Positions 44,446-45,943 of a stretch of 45,943 bases of DNA are shown one piece after another. Every line of letters starts with the position of its first letter. The stretch's first letter is position 1. The position numbers were made by a program, and so were the translations under genes. Under the pieces are notes generated by a model. The model was given only the letters and a program-made list of their open reading frames with translations. It had not been told where the DNA came from and searched no databases. Origin of the DNA: a virus (taxonomy: Duplodnaviria > Caudoviricetes); IMG/VR virus record IMGVR_UViG_3300012971_000027, positions 1-45,943 of that record; one strand, given 5' to 3'.

Positions 44446-44808
44446 TCAGCCCGCCTCCGCTGCCAGCCTCGCCTTCGCGTTCTTCGCCCTCCCCAGCGCG
44501 TCCTGCCGCTCGTCCTCAGACGGGCTCGGCGAGATTTCCTCGATGACGATCGGGTGCATCGGGCGCAACACCGGCTCACCCTTCTCATCGATGTTGAAGC
44601 GCTTGGGATCGCGTTGCGCCTGCAGCACTTTGATGTACTCGACCGTCATTTCCAACTCGCGGCTCTGGCCAGGCGGAACGATCTGCCCAACCATGTACCG
44701 ATCATAGACATAATGGTTCTGCACTGGGTGCGTGTTCTTGACGCGAACCCATTGCGAAGGTTTCTCGAGCTGCTCCTTGCTCGGCGCAGGCGGCACCATC
44801 AGAGGCAT
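44446..44808 (-). CDS. Hypothetical protein downstream of the capsid gene
   Basis: AGGAG SD; fills the gap in the operon. Confidence 0.7.
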   Translation of the reverse strand: MPLMVPPAPSKEQLEKPSQWVRVKNTHPVQNHYVYDRYMVGQIVPPGQSRELEMTVEYIKVLQAQRDPKRFNIDEKGEPVLRPMHPIVIEEISPSPSEDERQDALGRAKNAKARLAAEAG

Positions 44809-44833
44809 GTCGTACTCCTATTTTGCATCTAGT

Positions 44834-45787
44834 TCAGCAGATGCCATCGACATACCGTGCCGATCCCGGCAAGCGCCACTCGAGGCCGGCCAAACGCAAC
44901 ATCGCTGGCACCTCAAACACGAACGCACCCTTTTGATAGGGAGCATAGAACCGATGCGGCATCGGCACGTGCAGCTTGATTGCCTCCGGATCTTTCCGAT
45001 ACGCAATCATCCGGCCGTTGCCGGACGCCCCGGCAGTGTCAAGGCCGCGCACCGCGCGACATTGAAGCGCCTGGCCGGTCTGGGCGGTGACGATGTTGTT
45101 CTGCATGATCCAGGAGAACAAGTTCATCGTCGTGTTGGTCAACTGCGTCGTGATCAACAGCGACATCGAGGAGAGTGGCAGCAATAGCGTATTGGCCATC
45201 TCTACCGTCAATGACGCCTGCCAGATGCCGGTAAGCGCCGAATTAACGTCCGATAGGATCTGAGCAATGCCGGCGGCGCCCTGCGTGAGTTGAAACGCCC
45301 ATGTGTTGGGCGCATTCACCACCGATGGACCCGTGTGGTTGGTCATGCCGAGCCAGCTTTTACGACTGTCTCCGTATAACGCCACATTGTGGATGAGCTC
45401 TTCGCCAGCGCGGCGCGCTGCATTAGCTCGCTCCGTCGTTAGATTGGTATTTGGAATCAGCTGCGCCTGGCCGAGCTCTTCCAGGTTGTATCGGTAGCCG
45501 ATGCCGGCCGTCTCGATCCCGGCCTCTTGCTTGGCACGGGTGAAATCGGCGAGCGGCAGATCAGACGAGTTGGTGTTGATCCAATCCGCCTTGCCGATCC
45601 AATCCACCGAGAAAAACGTGATGGATTTCGCCCACTCGGGTGCCGAGTTGTCGACCGGAACGATCTGCGCATAGAACAGCTCGGGGTAGCGTATGTGGTA
45701 GACCTGGGGCTCGATGTAAGTGGTCTGCGCGATCAAAAAGCCAAGGGCTTGTTGCTGGGCGTCAGACGCAAACATGGAATTACGCAT
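44834..45787 (-). CDS. Major capsid protein (DUF2184-type, HK97 fold)
   Basis: FL..Q...IEPQVY...YP, G.GY.Y..EEL, A.AARRA.EE, ALYGD, L..AG.....RM.AY..DP, P.P.RF, YVDGI. Confidence 0.9.
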   Translation of the reverse strand: MRNSMFASDAQQQALGFLIAQTTYIEPQVYHIRYPELFYAQIVPVDNSAPEWAKSITFFSVDWIGKADWINTNSSDLPLADFTRAKQEAGIETAGIGYRYNLEELGQAQLIPNTNLTTERANAARRAGEELIHNVALYGDSRKSWLGMTNHTGPSVVNAPNTWAFQLTQGAAGIAQILSDVNSALTGIWQASLTVEMANTLLLPLSSMSLLITTQLTNTTMNLFSWIMQNNIVTAQTGQALQCRAVRGLDTAGASGNGRMIAYRKDPEAIKLHVPMPHRFYAPYQKGAFVFEVPAMLRLAGLEWRLPGSARYVDGIC

Positions 45788-45856
45788 CGTGGATGTCTCC
45801 GTTTGCGAGTGATTGGGAATGCGTCCTGGCCCTGAACAGGAACACGTTGATCGGCA

Positions 45857-45943
45857 CTAGAACTGGATGCCGAGGCTTGCCTGCGCGAGATCGCCGGCAA
45901 TAGCCGAGGTTGCCCAGCGGGCGCCGGTAACAGCGGTCGCCGC
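45857..45943 (-). CDS. C-terminal end of capsid cement/decoration protein (partial)
   Basis: AATAVTGARWATSAIAGDLAQASLGIQF*; typical ending and position just upstream of the major capsid gene. Confidence 0.55.
   Translation of the reverse strand, partial: AATAVTGARWATSAIAGDLAQASLGIQF

Larger units (their letters stand above)
1..45943. mobile_element. Myovirus-type phage/prophage genome fragment (early genes on +, late operon on -)
   Basis: Capsid, neck, baseplate, sheath, tube, tape measure and lysis genes in phage order with overlapping start/stop codons; no host housekeeping gene in the window. Confidence 0.97.

Noticed and set aside
1-45943. Contractile injection system/tailocin, gene transfer agent or encapsulin locus
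   Set aside because: Capsid, cement and neck genes together with recombination and regulatory genes indicate a genuine phage
1-45943. tRNA, rRNA, CRISPR array, integrase or alternative genetic code
   Set aside because: None recognised; genes end at TAA, TAG and TGA with normal tight packing under the standard code

Overview
The whole window is a contiguous fragment of a tailed phage or prophage with a contractile tail, most likely infecting an alphaproteobacterium. The host is inferred from the high GC content, a COG5526-type lysozyme and a GcrA-like HTH. Positions 1-5.8 kb (+ strand) carry early/accessory genes: a RecT-like annealing protein, an HNH-like protein, two HTH regulators and small Cys-rich or membrane proteins. 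Positions 5.8-45.9 kb (- strand) form one late operon, read right to left: capsid cement protein, DUF2184-type major capsid protein, neck genes, and a P2-like baseplate/tail (V, W, J, I, fibres, sheath, tube, chaperone, tape measure, U, X, D). A ~13 kb extra module and an enzyme-rich lysis cassette follow. The most interesting structure is that extra module (10.3-23.2 kb). Four genes there, plus an N-terminal extension of baseplate protein gpI 15 kb away, share an Ala/Gly/Ser repeat ('WxG..xxF/LAGxGxL'). They cluster with small beta-rich subunit genes and a fused FkbM-methyltransferase/GT9-glycosyltransferase, suggesting a templated, possibly glycosylated, accessory fibre system. Other signals read directly from the DNA: an apparent ATC start on the largest gene, a zinc-finger ORF reachable only by a +1 shift at ATG-CCC-C, a three-helix RNA structure between sheath and tube genes, and a motif shared by two intergenic regions. 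I saw no integrase, tRNA, CRISPR array or reverse transcriptase. All family assignments come from motif recognition and synteny, not database searches.
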